Shown here piece after piece: positions 17,673 through 28,010 of a stretch of 64,000 nucleotides of DNA (its first letter is position 1; each line of letters begins with the position of its first letter). The DNA is from a virus. The notes under the pieces were generated by a model. That model saw only the letters and a list, made by a program, of their open reading frames with translations. It ran no database searches and had not been told where the DNA came from. The stretch lies in IMG/VR virus record IMGVR_UViG_3300032050_000075, positions 1-64,000 of that record. One strand, 5' to 3'. A program made the position numbers and the translations under genes.

Positions 17673-17690
17673 TATCCTTAAAAAACCAAC

Positions 17691-18062
17691 ATGAATAATA
17701 TGATGTTATTTACGTCTAGTTGGAAAAACAACCAGACGTTTAAAATGATTCCTGCAACGGAAGACTGTCCATTTGTAGAATGTATCTTTGATTCACAGCT
17801 AAAAGTCTTGGCTGTTATCGGTAAGAACAAGAAAGATCAATTCCATTTAATCACAAAGCTAGATGCTAATGGTGATCCAGAACCTAGGAAGAATCCTAAG
17901 TCTGCAGATAAAATGGTTAAAGAAGAAAGAAGAACTCTTGAAACATACCAAGAGTATTATTTAGAAGAGAGATCTGATATTGAAGCATTTGTAAATCATT
18001 TTGCTTTTAACTCAGACAAGTATGACTTTAAAAAGTTTTTTGAAACAGCGGTAACGGAATAA
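17691..18062 (+). CDS. hypothetical protein
   Basis: 123-aa ORF with an A-rich leader. Confidence 0.75.
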   Translation: MNNMMLFTSSWKNNQTFKMIPATEDCPFVECIFDSQLKVLAVIGKNKKDQFHLITKLDANGDPEPRKNPKSADKMVKEERRTLETYQEYYLEERSDIEAFVNHFAFNSDKYDFKKFFETAVTE

Positions 18063-18068
18063 TAACTA

Positions 18069-20057
18069 ATGAATCATTGGATTATAGACTATGAGACATT
18101 AGTAGATTGTACTGTTTTATGTGCTCAGCACTATAAAGATCCTGAAGATTTAAGGGTATTCGTTGTATCTAGGCTTCGTAATGATATACAGAAGCTATAT
18201 CTATTCCTTGTAGATAATGTACTTGATGACGAGTTCCATATCAGCTTTAATGGTATTGGATTCGATAATCAGATTACTTCATTTATAATGAACCGTTTTG
18301 GTATTGGTATTTATGATACCATGAACGGTGAACATATAGCTGCTGAAATATATGAAGAGGCACAGAGGATAATCACTGAACAAGATTTTAAGCCGACTTG
18401 GAAGAACAATGTAATTAATACCATTGATCTATATAAGTTGAATCACTGGGATAATCCTGCAAAGAAATCTAGTTTAAAGTGGATACAGTATAGCATGGAT
18501 TGGTATAACATTCAAGAGATGCCAATTCATCATACAACGTCTATAACAAAACAAGAACAGCTAGATACTATTATTCAGTATTGTATTAATGACGTTAAGT
18601 CCACTACTAAGATATATCAGCTTAGCAAGAGTCAGATAGCTTTACGGAAAGCACTGACAAAGGAATATGATATTGATATGTTTAGTGCTTCTGAACCTAG
18701 GATTTCTAAGCTTTTATTTATGCACTTCTTGAGTAAGAAGACTGGTATAAATAAGTATGAGCTGAATCAACTTAGGACAAGAAGAGAAACAATACGGATA
18801 GGTGATATCATACTGCCATACATTAAGTTTAAACATCCTGAATTTAAGAGTGTGCTAGATAAGTTTAAATCCATAGTTCTTGATACAAGAAATACAAAGG
18901 GTGGATTTAAATATTCTATTACACATAAGGGTGTTAAAACTGACTTTGGTCTTGGCGGTGTTCATGGTGCAACATCTCCAGGTATCTATGAGGCTAAAGA
19001 TGGGATGATTATAATGACGTCAGACGTTACTAGTTTCTATCCTAATCTAGCCATCATGAATAAATGGTCTCCAGCACATCTACCTAAGGAAGAATTTTGT
19101 GAGCAGTACCAATGGTTCTTTGAGGAAAGGAAAAAGATACCGAAGAAAGATCCTAGAAATTATGTTTATAAGATCATTCTGAATAGTACCTATGGTCTTA
19201 GCAATGACGAGAATAGCTTTTTGTATGATCCTGAGTTTACTATGCGTATTACTGTAAATGGCCAGCTTTGTTTGACCATGTTATATGAAATGCTTAGCAC
19301 TGGAATTCCCGGATCAATTCCTATTATGCAGAATACAGATGGTCTTGAGATGATGATACCAGCACATTACAAAGACAAGTATCTAGAAATCTGTGCAGAA
19401 TGGGAGAAACTAACGAAGCTAAGTCTAGAGCATGACCAGTACAATAAACTGATTCTTGCTGATGTAAATAATTACATTGCTGTACATAAAACTAAATCAT
19501 GTTCCAAGGAAGAGTGGGAAAACTTGAGGTCGCAAAGTCCACATTATATATTTACCCAAGACAAAGATTGCTATTATTATAACGCAACTAAGTGCAAGGG
19601 TAGATTTGAATTTTCGGATCTAGCTCTTCATAAAAACAAAAGTTTCCTGATTATTCCTAAAGCTATTTATTATTACTTCGTTCATGATGTACTACCAGAA
19701 CATTATTTACGGGACAATAAAAACATATTTGATTATTGTGCAGGTGTAAAGGCTAAGGGTGACTGGAAGTTTATTGAGACCTGTATCGTAGGGACAGAGA
19801 AAATAAGCAATGAGCTACAGAAAATAGTACGCTACTATGTATCAAATAAAGGATGCAAAATAGTAAAGCGTAACACTATGGACGGTAGAGAAATACAAAC
19901 AGAATCAGGCAGATGGCAGCAGAAAGTATTTAACGAGTATGTAGATCTTCCCTGGTCTGATTATGATCTAAATGAAAAGTATTATATAGATCGTATCTAT
20001 AAAGAGATTAGTAATGTTACTAGTTCTCAAAACCAATATCAATTAACACTTTTTTAG
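18069..20057 (+). CDS. polB: DNA polymerase family B with 3'-5' exonuclease
   Basis: Exo motifs DYET, FNGIGFD and YCINDV; polymerase motifs DVTSFYPN, KIILNSTYG and NTDG. Confidence 0.95.
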   Translation: MNHWIIDYETLVDCTVLCAQHYKDPEDLRVFVVSRLRNDIQKLYLFLVDNVLDDEFHISFNGIGFDNQITSFIMNRFGIGIYDTMNGEHIAAEIYEEAQRIITEQDFKPTWKNNVINTIDLYKLNHWDNPAKKSSLKWIQYSMDWYNIQEMPIHHTTSITKQEQLDTIIQYCINDVKSTTKIYQLSKSQIALRKALTKEYDIDMFSASEPRISKLLFMHFLSKKTGINKYELNQLRTRRETIRIGDIILPYIKFKHPEFKSVLDKFKSIVLDTRNTKGGFKYSITHKGVKTDFGLGGVHGATSPGIYEAKDGMIIMTSDVTSFYPNLAIMNKWSPAHLPKEEFCEQYQWFFEERKKIPKKDPRNYVYKIILNSTYGLSNDENSFLYDPEFTMRITVNGQLCLTMLYEMLSTGIPGSIPIMQNTDGLEMMIPAHYKDKYLEICAEWEKLTKLSLEHDQYNKLILADVNNYIAVHKTKSCSKEEWENLRSQSPHYIFTQDKDCYYYNATKCKGRFEFSDLALHKNKSFLIIPKAIYYYFVHDVLPEHYLRDNKNIFDYCAGVKAKGDWKFIETCIVGTEKISNELQKIVRYYVSNKGCKIVKRNTMDGREIQTESGRWQQKVFNEYVDLPWSDYDLNEKYYIDRIYKEISNVTSSQNQYQLTLF

Positions 20058-20058
20058 A

Positions 20059-20946
20059 ATGAGCAGAACATTGCCAAGTGGTATAACCCGTTCCTTCTTG
20101 GAGCAGGTTGCAATACCGAATCATGGGGGTAGGTATACTCCCATTAGCCATAAGTCAATTATTGACAAGAGTCTTGAAACAATTGTAAATAAAGGCTTTA
20201 ATATTAAACAGGAACTGTATGCATCTAATGCATCCGGTACTGTTGCTATGGGTAAAATTTTATTGGATTACGGAAGTGATCCAGATTTGAAGATGATGTT
20301 TGTATGGGGTAACTCATATGATAAGTCAACAAGATTTAAGTGCGGCATCGGTGCATATATTGAGAGAACTAACTCTTACATATTTGCAGGACATCTATCC
20401 AACTTTGCTAGAAAGCATACGGGTAATGCTGATCAATTAGCTGTAGAGATGATTGAAACACAATTGAATCAGGCTAATATGTTCTACAATTACTTGTGTA
20501 ATGGTAAGAACCAAATGATTGCCAAAGAGCTTACTGTTAAAGAGATGTCTGAGATTACTGGTAGATTGTTTATTGAAGAGCAAGTTCTTAATAAAGAACA
20601 AGTATCTATGGTAAGGGATCACATTGTTAATGAGGTAGCATTATTTGAAGAATACTCTAAAAATAATTTGTGGAACTTCTATAACAGTATCGGTTATGCA
20701 TTGAAGCATTCTCATCCTAAGACCTGGTTTGAAGATCAGAGCAAAGCATACAGCCACATTCTAAATAATGTTATCAATCAACCTAGTGTTGCAGTAAACA
20801 TTACTCCGTCTGAGACTGAAGAGCAAGTGCCTGATAATCAAATGAATATATTTGATGTCATTGATGAAGCGGAACCTGTTACAAATTCTGATGAGATTCT
20901 TAGTATCTTTGACGATAATAGTCCATTAGAACTTCCTGAACTTTAA
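20059..20946 (+). CDS. DUF932/DUF945-like protein
   Basis: YTPISH, NSYDKS, RKHTG and LWNFYN motifs; acidic tail. Confidence 0.65.
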   Translation: MSRTLPSGITRSFLEQVAIPNHGGRYTPISHKSIIDKSLETIVNKGFNIKQELYASNASGTVAMGKILLDYGSDPDLKMMFVWGNSYDKSTRFKCGIGAYIERTNSYIFAGHLSNFARKHTGNADQLAVEMIETQLNQANMFYNYLCNGKNQMIAKELTVKEMSEITGRLFIEEQVLNKEQVSMVRDHIVNEVALFEEYSKNNLWNFYNSIGYALKHSHPKTWFEDQSKAYSHILNNVINQPSVAVNITPSETEEQVPDNQMNIFDVIDEAEPVTNSDEILSIFDDNSPLELPEL

Positions 20947-20953
20947 TTAACCA

Positions 20954-20978
20954 GGGGAGGGGCATGAAATCCCTCCCC
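20954..20978 (+). promoter_or_regulatory. GC-rich stem-loop GGGGAGGGG-CATGAAA-TCCCTCCCC without a U-tract
   Basis: Read directly between genes; the loop contains ATG20964. Confidence 0.6.
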
Positions 20979-20993
20979 ATACCTTTAACTGCT

Positions 20994-21404
20994 ATGAACT
21001 TCGAAGATTTTGAACAGATGTCATTGCATAGTCTTGCTGAGATTATGGAAAGATTTCACAAGAAGAATGCTGAATATGCATCTATAGATGATGTATTTTC
21101 TAATTTTAAAAGAGCGGCAGGAGGACTGTCGTACCATTGTAAAGCTGAACAGGTAGCATGGGAATATGCTGTTAAACACCTGCAGTCTGTAAAAGATATG
21201 ATTGCATCAGAGACATCAACGGCTGAGGCAATAGATGAAAAGATCGGTGATGTAATTGCTTATATGCTAATCATAAAGGGTATGTTGTATAAAAGGATTA
21301 ATTATAATCCTAATTATCCGAACTATGAAGGTGGAAGTGATAATCTTTGGAGTATTACCGAATCCTTGCATGATAGATTAATTTATACCCTTAAACCTGA
21401 GTAG
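20994..21404 (+). CDS. DUF1599 / nucleotide-modification-associated all-helical (MazG-like) protein
   Basis: KKNAEYA...FSNFK, KHLQSV and EKIGDVIAYMLI motifs. ATG20994 preferred because ATG20964 lies in a hairpin. Confidence 0.55.
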   Translation: MNFEDFEQMSLHSLAEIMERFHKKNAEYASIDDVFSNFKRAAGGLSYHCKAEQVAWEYAVKHLQSVKDMIASETSTAEAIDEKIGDVIAYMLIIKGMLYKRINYNPNYPNYEGGSDNLWSITESLHDRLIYTLKPE

Positions 21405-21409
21405 TAGAT

Positions 21410-21790
21410 ATGAGAGATTATATTCAAATGGTTGGTGACTTCCATACTGTATTTGACCAGAAAGATGGAAACAAACCTAGGCTGATCAGCGCTAATGAAG
21501 GTAAGTTACGATACTCCTTACTTGCAGAAGAGAACAATGAGTACCTAGAGGCAGTAGAAAATGATGACCTAGTTGGAATTGCTGATGCCCTAGGAGATCA
21601 GCTTTATATTATCTATGGTACAATACTAAAGCACGGTCTTCAGCATAAGATTGAGGAAGTCTTTAGAGAAATTCATAGATCTAATATGAGTAAATTGGGT
21701 GCCGATGGTAAACCAATTTATAGAGAAGATGGTAAAATATTAAAAGGTCCTTCGTATTTTCGTCCTGATATTAAAAAAATAATCCAATGA
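21410..21790 (+). CDS. MazG/PRA-PH-like nucleoside triphosphate pyrophosphohydrolase
   Basis: EENNEYLEA, ADALGDQLY, IHRSNMSK and REDGKILKG motifs. Confidence 0.88.
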   Translation: MRDYIQMVGDFHTVFDQKDGNKPRLISANEGKLRYSLLAEENNEYLEAVENDDLVGIADALGDQLYIIYGTILKHGLQHKIEEVFREIHRSNMSKLGADGKPIYREDGKILKGPSYFRPDIKKIIQ

Positions 21791-22071
21791 AAGAACCAAC
21801 AATCCAAATCCATGATTCAAAGAGAAGAATCATGGTAGCTAATGAAGAAACTGGTGAGAAAGAAAGAACAACTGTCTATGGCTATGTTGTAAAAACAGTA
21901 GCTAAAAATGGTCAGATTCTTCAAGTATCCGAAGTATTTAATGACATCAAAGCAGTTAAAACGCACATCAAAGCAATGATGACTGCTTGGTGTTCAGATG
22001 AACTATCTATCACAATCGTTGACAAAACCAAAGAAACTAAGTTTAGCAAGTTTGCTACAACTTTAGTGTAG
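21787..22071 (+). CDS. hypothetical protein, YegP/DUF1508-like
   Basis: AKNGQILQVSEVF resembles the YegP A.NG.II..SE.Y motif. Confidence 0.5.
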   Translation: MKEPTIQIHDSKRRIMVANEETGEKERTTVYGYVVKTVAKNGQILQVSEVFNDIKAVKTHIKAMMTAWCSDELSITIVDKTKETKFSKFATTLV

Positions 22072-22096
22072 TGTTTTAGTTTGTTATTATTTGATT

Positions 22097-22131
22097 AGGA
22101 GAGGCCCCGGGTAATACCGGGGTTTTTCTTT
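22097..22131. terminator. terminator hairpin at the convergence of the two genome arms
   Basis: AGGAGAGGCCCCGG-GTAATA-CCGGGGTTTTTCTT, between convergent stops at 22071 and 22130. Confidence 0.85.
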
Positions 22132-22273
22132 ACCTACCCTGACCGCGATATTTCTTCTTGTAGTTTTTACTGGACTTTAATCCACTGTTTCTACTCTTAG
22201 CTACTACACCTGGTCTTTTTTTTCTTGTGCCTTTAGGTGCAAAGGCATTCTTTACTGATACTGTTTTTGCCAT
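22130..22273 (-). CDS. 47-aa highly basic protein MAKTVSVKNAFAPKGTRKKRPGVVAKSRNSGLKSSKNYKKKYRGQGR, not in ORF track
   Basis: Manual translation. Starts 4 nt after the stop of the 1910-aa gene and ends at the terminator; no acidic residues. Confidence 0.8.
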   Translation of the reverse strand: MAKTVSVKNAFAPKGTRKKRPGVVAKSRNSGLKSSKNYKKKYRGQGR

Positions 22274-22277
22274 TCTA

Positions 22278-25200
22278 TTATCTCCAATTTGATGATTTAA
22301 CCCAGTTAGTTGTTGCTTGTGCAGGATCTAATGATTTACCTGTAACGCCAAATGATCTAAAGAAATAACTTATTGCTTTACTTCCTTCTTCTCCTTCTTG
22401 CATCCATGAGTATGGTCCTTCTCTCTGATCCCAATATGCTTTAGTGTCATCTATTCCGAATAGAGCATTACCTGCCACAAGACCTAATGCACCACCCATC
22501 TTCTTATAGTTATCTAAAGTATTTTTCATTGCTATGGCATCTAACTTGAGAATCTCTAGATAGTTATCTGCACCTAGTCCAGGCAAAGGTAGCCATTGAA
22601 CCGTTTCATTTTTAAGTTGCATTGTCATAAGAAGTGCATGGTTAGTTAACCATCCTCCTAATTTAAAATCAGCTTCATTCTCACTTACCCCAAAGAAGGG
22701 CAATGGTCCTGATCTATTTCTAAGTTTCTCAAATTTATCTTCATCATCTTCATCAAATCCGAAGATCATTGAGATAGCCATGCTAAATAGAATAAGATAT
22801 GCTACATCGGCAGTTGTCTTGTATAATGCAGCCTTCTCTGATGGTGATAAGAAACTAAAGTATTCTCCTCTGCTTTGTATTCCTCTGAAGAGTGCTCTCA
22901 TTGCTTCAACATGGAATCCCATTACAGTATCTCCAACAGCAGCATCATATCTGTATTTAGGATTACGTATACTACCTCTAAACTGATATCTGTTCAAGAA
23001 CATTCTAATAAACCAGCGCTTAAAGGCTATTATAAATCTGAAGGCCATAAACTTATCGGCCTCAGCATAATCAAACTTAGCAAAAGAACCGTTCAGGTTA
23101 TTGTTTACACCCTGTACCTTATTCTTAAATGCTTTAAACTTAACTCCATTAATCCCCCATTCAGGGTCTACACCTTCTTTTAATCTTATTTGATTGTCTA
23201 CTGTTTCCCATGCATCGATATATGCAATTCTTTTAGTAACTCCATTAATTGTTTGGGTTACATTTTTCTCGTGATGCATCATTGCACCGAATATAGACAA
23301 TGATGAATTTAATTCTGTCCATTTACGGAAGCTAGTCATCCAAGTTAGTCCACCAAGTGCATCTTTAGTTAACGATCTTGAACCATGGTCTGCAAACTTT
23401 TCCTCAAATCTACCCTGATATGCATCAAATATTTCAACAAGCTGTTCGTCATGTGACTTAGGTCCAAACTTATTTACGTTAAGACTTATCTCCCACATTG
23501 TTTTATTTGACCATGCTACTCCTTTAGCATAGTTGGTCATGTTGTAGTATTGACCTCCAGCTGCTTCTTGAATACTCTGGATTCTAGCAGAAAAAGAGTT
23601 CTTAAGTGCACTAGGTACGTCCATAGCAAAGTATCCAAAAGCGGATAACTTCATAATGTTATCTACGGCTTTGTTAATCCAGTGATTGTCCTTATCCTTA
23701 CCTAGAACACCTTTACGTACTACTCCTTCAAATTCTCTTTCTATAAAGTTATCTATTGCTGTTTCTCTTATTGATTTCCCTTTACTCTTACCTAGTGTTG
23801 TTTTTTCTCCAACAAGACTCCAGGGACTATTGTTTTTCTGTGTTCTTTTATTAATGTTTTTAAATTCATTAATAGCATCTTCGGAACCTCTCATTACCAT
23901 CTGTAGTGCCCTAGCCATTGGATTCATCTCAACAAGCTTTCTCTGCTTTTCAGATGCAATCATAAATTTTAACATACCATAAGTTAAATCTAATGACACA
24001 TCATCAGCTTCTAGAGCAGATAGTCCAGTGATTGGAATTCCGGCATTCTCATCATTGTATACTTCGCCATCCATCATCATCATCTGATCTTTGAAGTTGT
24101 ATCCTTCGTCAGCATCATCAGCTGCAGGTTTCCACAGTGATCTAATTCTTCTCCACCACCTAGATATTGGATTTTCTAATTTACCTTCAGCAGTAAAGTA
24201 TTCCATTCTAGACTCATAACCTTCCTTTCTATATCTAGGTATATCAAAACCTAATTTAGAATTATTGGGACTGTTTTCCTGGAAGGTAAAATGCCATTTA
24301 GTTAAGGCAATAATAGCATTATACAAGTTCTTATCCGTGTTGCGGATATTAAAGAACTTTTCATTTACATATTTCTTATCGTCAATGTCTAATCTAGGTA
24401 ACCAGTTACCTTTATTATCTATGTTGGCCTTGGTGATATCTCCCTGTTCAATTGCCTCAAGTACAGATACAGGCTTCGTAACAAACTTCTGCCTTACAGT
24501 TCTCTCATAGTAAAGGTGATTAGGCATACCTACAATTGCCTCGTCCTGACCTAATGAGTTAGTAAAGCTAAATATTTCATAGTACTGTATGTTCTTGGGT
24601 CTTACTACACTCCAAGCTTTTACACGTTCTATCTTTCTAGTCTTTACCCCAAATTTATCGGTAACTGTTTTGATAATATGATTTTTATCAAACCATTCTT
24701 TAAATTCAGGATTAGTACTAACTATAGTATTATAGAAGTCCATGTTCAACACTCTATCTGCAGTATCCATTGTAAGATCTTTCATGTCAAAGTTTGACTC
24801 TAAAAGATTCATATCAACAAGGCTCAGATAGTTATTGAACATATCCATGTAATAATCTGTTGGATATGATTGCTGTAATTCTCCTAGCTCTGAGTATAGC
24901 TGGTACAGTTTAGTTTTATCTTCTTTAGACAAACCAAACTGTGATTTCTTATCTAGTAATACTTTTACCTCATCTCTTTCTTCTTGAGTAACTGGCTCCC
25001 CCTCAGATAATTTTTCATAGTAATTACTAAGGGTAACATGTTCCAATTCTGTTAGACCAGTAAGCTTGGGTAAATTTTCTTTTGCAAGATTAATTAACTC
25101 CTGTGTTTCCTTTATGGCCTCGATGTTACGTAGGTCCATGGCTGTAGCTTCAGGCTGGTTATCCTCATCTCTATAGGGATTCATCAGCTGCAAAAGCTTT

Positions 25201-28010
25201 TCATAATGCTTGCTTATATCATAATCAGCCTGTAAGTTTTTGGGAAGTTTACTAGTTATCTTTTTAATTTCATCTGTAATTCTTTTTTGTTCAGCATAAA
25301 AGCTATCCTTAATTACAGTTCTAGTATTCTTTTCAATCCACTTATTTCTAAGTTTCATAAATGGTACACCCCATTTCTCGTAGCCTTGGTCAATAAGTGA
25401 CTGCTCATATAGAGCAAGAGAATTAGTAAATAGTTCTGGAATTAGAGTATTATCATACAAGTCCTTAGAACTATTTCTAAACTCTCGTAATCTTTCTGCA
25501 ATTTTAACTCCTTCCTCATCTTTTAATTGACCTGAAGAAGTATAGTTAGAATGCAGCTGTCTGTATTCTCTCCAAAGATTTGCTAATTCATCCCTAGTAT
25601 CAAAGTTCTCATTTGTTGTCGAGATACCAATTGATGTGGTAAGATTTTGAATTCTTGACAATAACTCGTTTCTAGCAGCTTCTGCTTTTGCACCGATAAT
25701 ATCCCCAGGACCTTGATTAAAGATATTAAATCTCTTATAGTACTCCTCCGTATATGGCGTATGAAAATACTTTTGTTCGTAGTCTCTTTTTTCTTTCTTA
25801 AGTCTTAGAACCTCATCATTGTTTCCTGATGCATATGCCACCTCAGTTGCTGCTCTAATTTCAGATTCCAGTCTAGCAATGTCAGATCTATAGTCTTTCC
25901 AAGGATTAATAATAGTATTTACATCTTTAGTAACGTATTTACCATCCTTATCTATGCCACCTTTCTTATCTCTAAAGGTTGCTCTTCTTCCAAATGCAGC
26001 AGGATTAGATTGGTTATAACCAGCAGCCTCAAGTATAGGTTTAACCTCATTAAGGAATGTATTACCTTTTCTTTGGGATGAGGTAAATACTTCAGTAAGA
26101 TTATTCTTTACCCATCCAGCAAATCCAAATACAATTGGATCTTGGTTATATACAAAAGCTTCCATAAAGGAATTAAGGGCATGACCATCACCAAGTCTAC
26201 CGGTCATTAAGTAATCAATCTTCTCATCGGTAAGATATGCACCGTCTCTATAGCTTTTCATTTTTAGAATCTCATAGTTGTGAGATTCAATAGAAGACAT
26301 TGGTAGTCCTTTATCTTTCTTATTTTTAAGATCAAGGAATTCAGAAAGTTCTGGTCCTTCAAGACCCCAATAGTCTTTTTGTTTCTGGGCTATAATACTT
26401 GCAGGAGCATTTCTTCTACGGAGATCCTCCATAATCTGGTCATACTTATCATCAATAGCAGTTTTCATCGGTGCTATCTGAGACTTGAGAACCTGAGATA
26501 CACCTTCAGTATATACTTTGTTTGCTGTCTTCTGTGCGTTGGATATCTTTCTTCTGATACCTCCGACTAAGGATATAATAGGATTATCAGGTTTAATTGC
26601 TCCTGCCTGTAGTTCATTGTTAATGGTAGTCTCCATACCATTTAAGAACTCATCCCATGAATTCATAATGTTGTTAAAGTAAAATACCTTAGCTACATTA
26701 TCTTGGGAATTCATATCCTTCACAAGATTGATGAGTTCAGTATGCACTCTATCAGTCATTACATTCAGACGCAATAAACTATCAAGAAATGCTTTAGTGT
26801 GTTGCTTAGCAAATTCAGCATCCTGTTGAAGTCTTGTCATTTCATTTACCAAGTATACATTCTTACTTTGGTAAGGTGCTAAGCTTTCGTAAATCTCCCT
26901 AAGGTCAGACCTCTGGTACAAATCTTTAAGGATTTGTTCCATTGCCTTATAATCCTTATTATTTTTTATAAGCTGGATATGACCAGAGATCATACTAAAT
27001 AACTCATCAGTTGAGTTTTGCAAAGTATTCTGTGATACTTTTTCCATTGACTCAATCAAGTTATCATACTCGGTCATGTAAGCAGCTATGTCTTCACGAG
27101 TAATAGATTTTGTATCTATATCAAACTCTTCCATCATCAGCATATCTGCAAGCTCCCCAATAGTAGTATTAGGATTAAGTTTTTCAACTTTTACTTTTCC
27201 GAATACTCTACGTAGAAGTTGCTTGATTGCATACAACAGATTGGAAATGAACTTGTTAAATGCAGAATCAGATGTATCTGTTGCTGCCTGAGTTAAAGCC
27301 ATAACCAATACTTCCTCCATTATGATTGGATCATTTGGTGCAGCAGAAGGATAAGCTTTCTTTGAACGGTCAAGTAATTCTTGACCCTTCGATGTAGCCA
27401 TTACCTGTTTATAGAGGCTATTAAATAGTTCAGGATTGGCTGTTGCAATTGCTCTTACTAAAGGATGAGCAAATTCATGGAAGACAGACTTCTCTGTTGC
27501 TAGTTCTGGTAAGATATAAATGGTATCTCCGAAATAAAATGCAGGTTGTCCAGACCAAACATTCACATCTTTAGTAATCTCTTGTGCTTCAGCAGCAGTA
27601 ACAAACTGATAGGGTACGCCTAAATTACTACTTAGTTTTTCTGCAATAGCATTTATAATGGCACGACCTTTAAGATTTGACTGAGATTCAGTGTCAATCT
27701 GCAGACCTTCTCTTATAACCTTATACCAAGGGAATGCATTCTCTATATCAACAAAATAATCCTTAGAACCTACCGGAGCTTCTGTCACGGTTTGCCTATC
27801 AGGAGAGTTAATGAAGATATTATAATCATCCATTATTTTATTGAACTCATCACTAGTCGGCATAGTAGGTTCTTCCCCTGGCTTAAGGCTAGAGTTATGA
27901 ATCATATATGCTCTCAATGCCTGACTTACAGCAGATCTTTCAGGTATACCTACGGATATAGCATGTTCTACTAATGGTTCAAATTCTGATGGTATCGGAC
28001 AAGAGTTCAT
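22278..28010 (-). CDS. large virion cargo/ejection protein with N-terminal zincin-like HExxH domain
   Basis: 1910 aa; HEFAH at 27479-27465 with a downstream EE; hydrophobic segments near the C-terminus; adjacent to the vRNAP as in crAss-like phages. Confidence 0.7.
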   Translation of the reverse strand: MNSCPIPSEFEPLVEHAISVGIPERSAVSQALRAYMIHNSSLKPGEEPTMPTSDEFNKIMDDYNIFINSPDRQTVTEAPVGSKDYFVDIENAFPWYKVIREGLQIDTESQSNLKGRAIINAIAEKLSSNLGVPYQFVTAAEAQEITKDVNVWSGQPAFYFGDTIYILPELATEKSVFHEFAHPLVRAIATANPELFNSLYKQVMATSKGQELLDRSKKAYPSAAPNDPIIMEEVLVMALTQAATDTSDSAFNKFISNLLYAIKQLLRRVFGKVKVEKLNPNTTIGELADMLMMEEFDIDTKSITREDIAAYMTEYDNLIESMEKVSQNTLQNSTDELFSMISGHIQLIKNNKDYKAMEQILKDLYQRSDLREIYESLAPYQSKNVYLVNEMTRLQQDAEFAKQHTKAFLDSLLRLNVMTDRVHTELINLVKDMNSQDNVAKVFYFNNIMNSWDEFLNGMETTINNELQAGAIKPDNPIISLVGGIRRKISNAQKTANKVYTEGVSQVLKSQIAPMKTAIDDKYDQIMEDLRRRNAPASIIAQKQKDYWGLEGPELSEFLDLKNKKDKGLPMSSIESHNYEILKMKSYRDGAYLTDEKIDYLMTGRLGDGHALNSFMEAFVYNQDPIVFGFAGWVKNNLTEVFTSSQRKGNTFLNEVKPILEAAGYNQSNPAAFGRRATFRDKKGGIDKDGKYVTKDVNTIINPWKDYRSDIARLESEIRAATEVAYASGNNDEVLRLKKEKRDYEQKYFHTPYTEEYYKRFNIFNQGPGDIIGAKAEAARNELLSRIQNLTTSIGISTTNENFDTRDELANLWREYRQLHSNYTSSGQLKDEEGVKIAERLREFRNSSKDLYDNTLIPELFTNSLALYEQSLIDQGYEKWGVPFMKLRNKWIEKNTRTVIKDSFYAEQKRITDEIKKITSKLPKNLQADYDISKHYEKLLQLMNPYRDEDNQPEATAMDLRNIEAIKETQELINLAKENLPKLTGLTELEHVTLSNYYEKLSEGEPVTQEERDEVKVLLDKKSQFGLSKEDKTKLYQLYSELGELQQSYPTDYYMDMFNNYLSLVDMNLLESNFDMKDLTMDTADRVLNMDFYNTIVSTNPEFKEWFDKNHIIKTVTDKFGVKTRKIERVKAWSVVRPKNIQYYEIFSFTNSLGQDEAIVGMPNHLYYERTVRQKFVTKPVSVLEAIEQGDITKANIDNKGNWLPRLDIDDKKYVNEKFFNIRNTDKNLYNAIIALTKWHFTFQENSPNNSKLGFDIPRYRKEGYESRMEYFTAEGKLENPISRWWRRIRSLWKPAADDADEGYNFKDQMMMMDGEVYNDENAGIPITGLSALEADDVSLDLTYGMLKFMIASEKQRKLVEMNPMARALQMVMRGSEDAINEFKNINKRTQKNNSPWSLVGEKTTLGKSKGKSIRETAIDNFIEREFEGVVRKGVLGKDKDNHWINKAVDNIMKLSAFGYFAMDVPSALKNSFSARIQSIQEAAGGQYYNMTNYAKGVAWSNKTMWEISLNVNKFGPKSHDEQLVEIFDAYQGRFEEKFADHGSRSLTKDALGGLTWMTSFRKWTELNSSLSIFGAMMHHEKNVTQTINGVTKRIAYIDAWETVDNQIRLKEGVDPEWGINGVKFKAFKNKVQGVNNNLNGSFAKFDYAEADKFMAFRFIIAFKRWFIRMFLNRYQFRGSIRNPKYRYDAAVGDTVMGFHVEAMRALFRGIQSRGEYFSFLSPSEKAALYKTTADVAYLILFSMAISMIFGFDEDDEDKFEKLRNRSGPLPFFGVSENEADFKLGGWLTNHALLMTMQLKNETVQWLPLPGLGADNYLEILKLDAIAMKNTLDNYKKMGGALGLVAGNALFGIDDTKAYWDQREGPYSWMQEGEEGSKAISYFFRSFGVTGKSLDPAQATTNWVKSSNWR

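Noticed and set aside
22086-22096. ATTATTTGATT in the + arm 3' UTR, complementary to 8679-8689 upstream of the ATPase start
   Set aside because: An 11-nt, almost all-AT match is too likely by chance.
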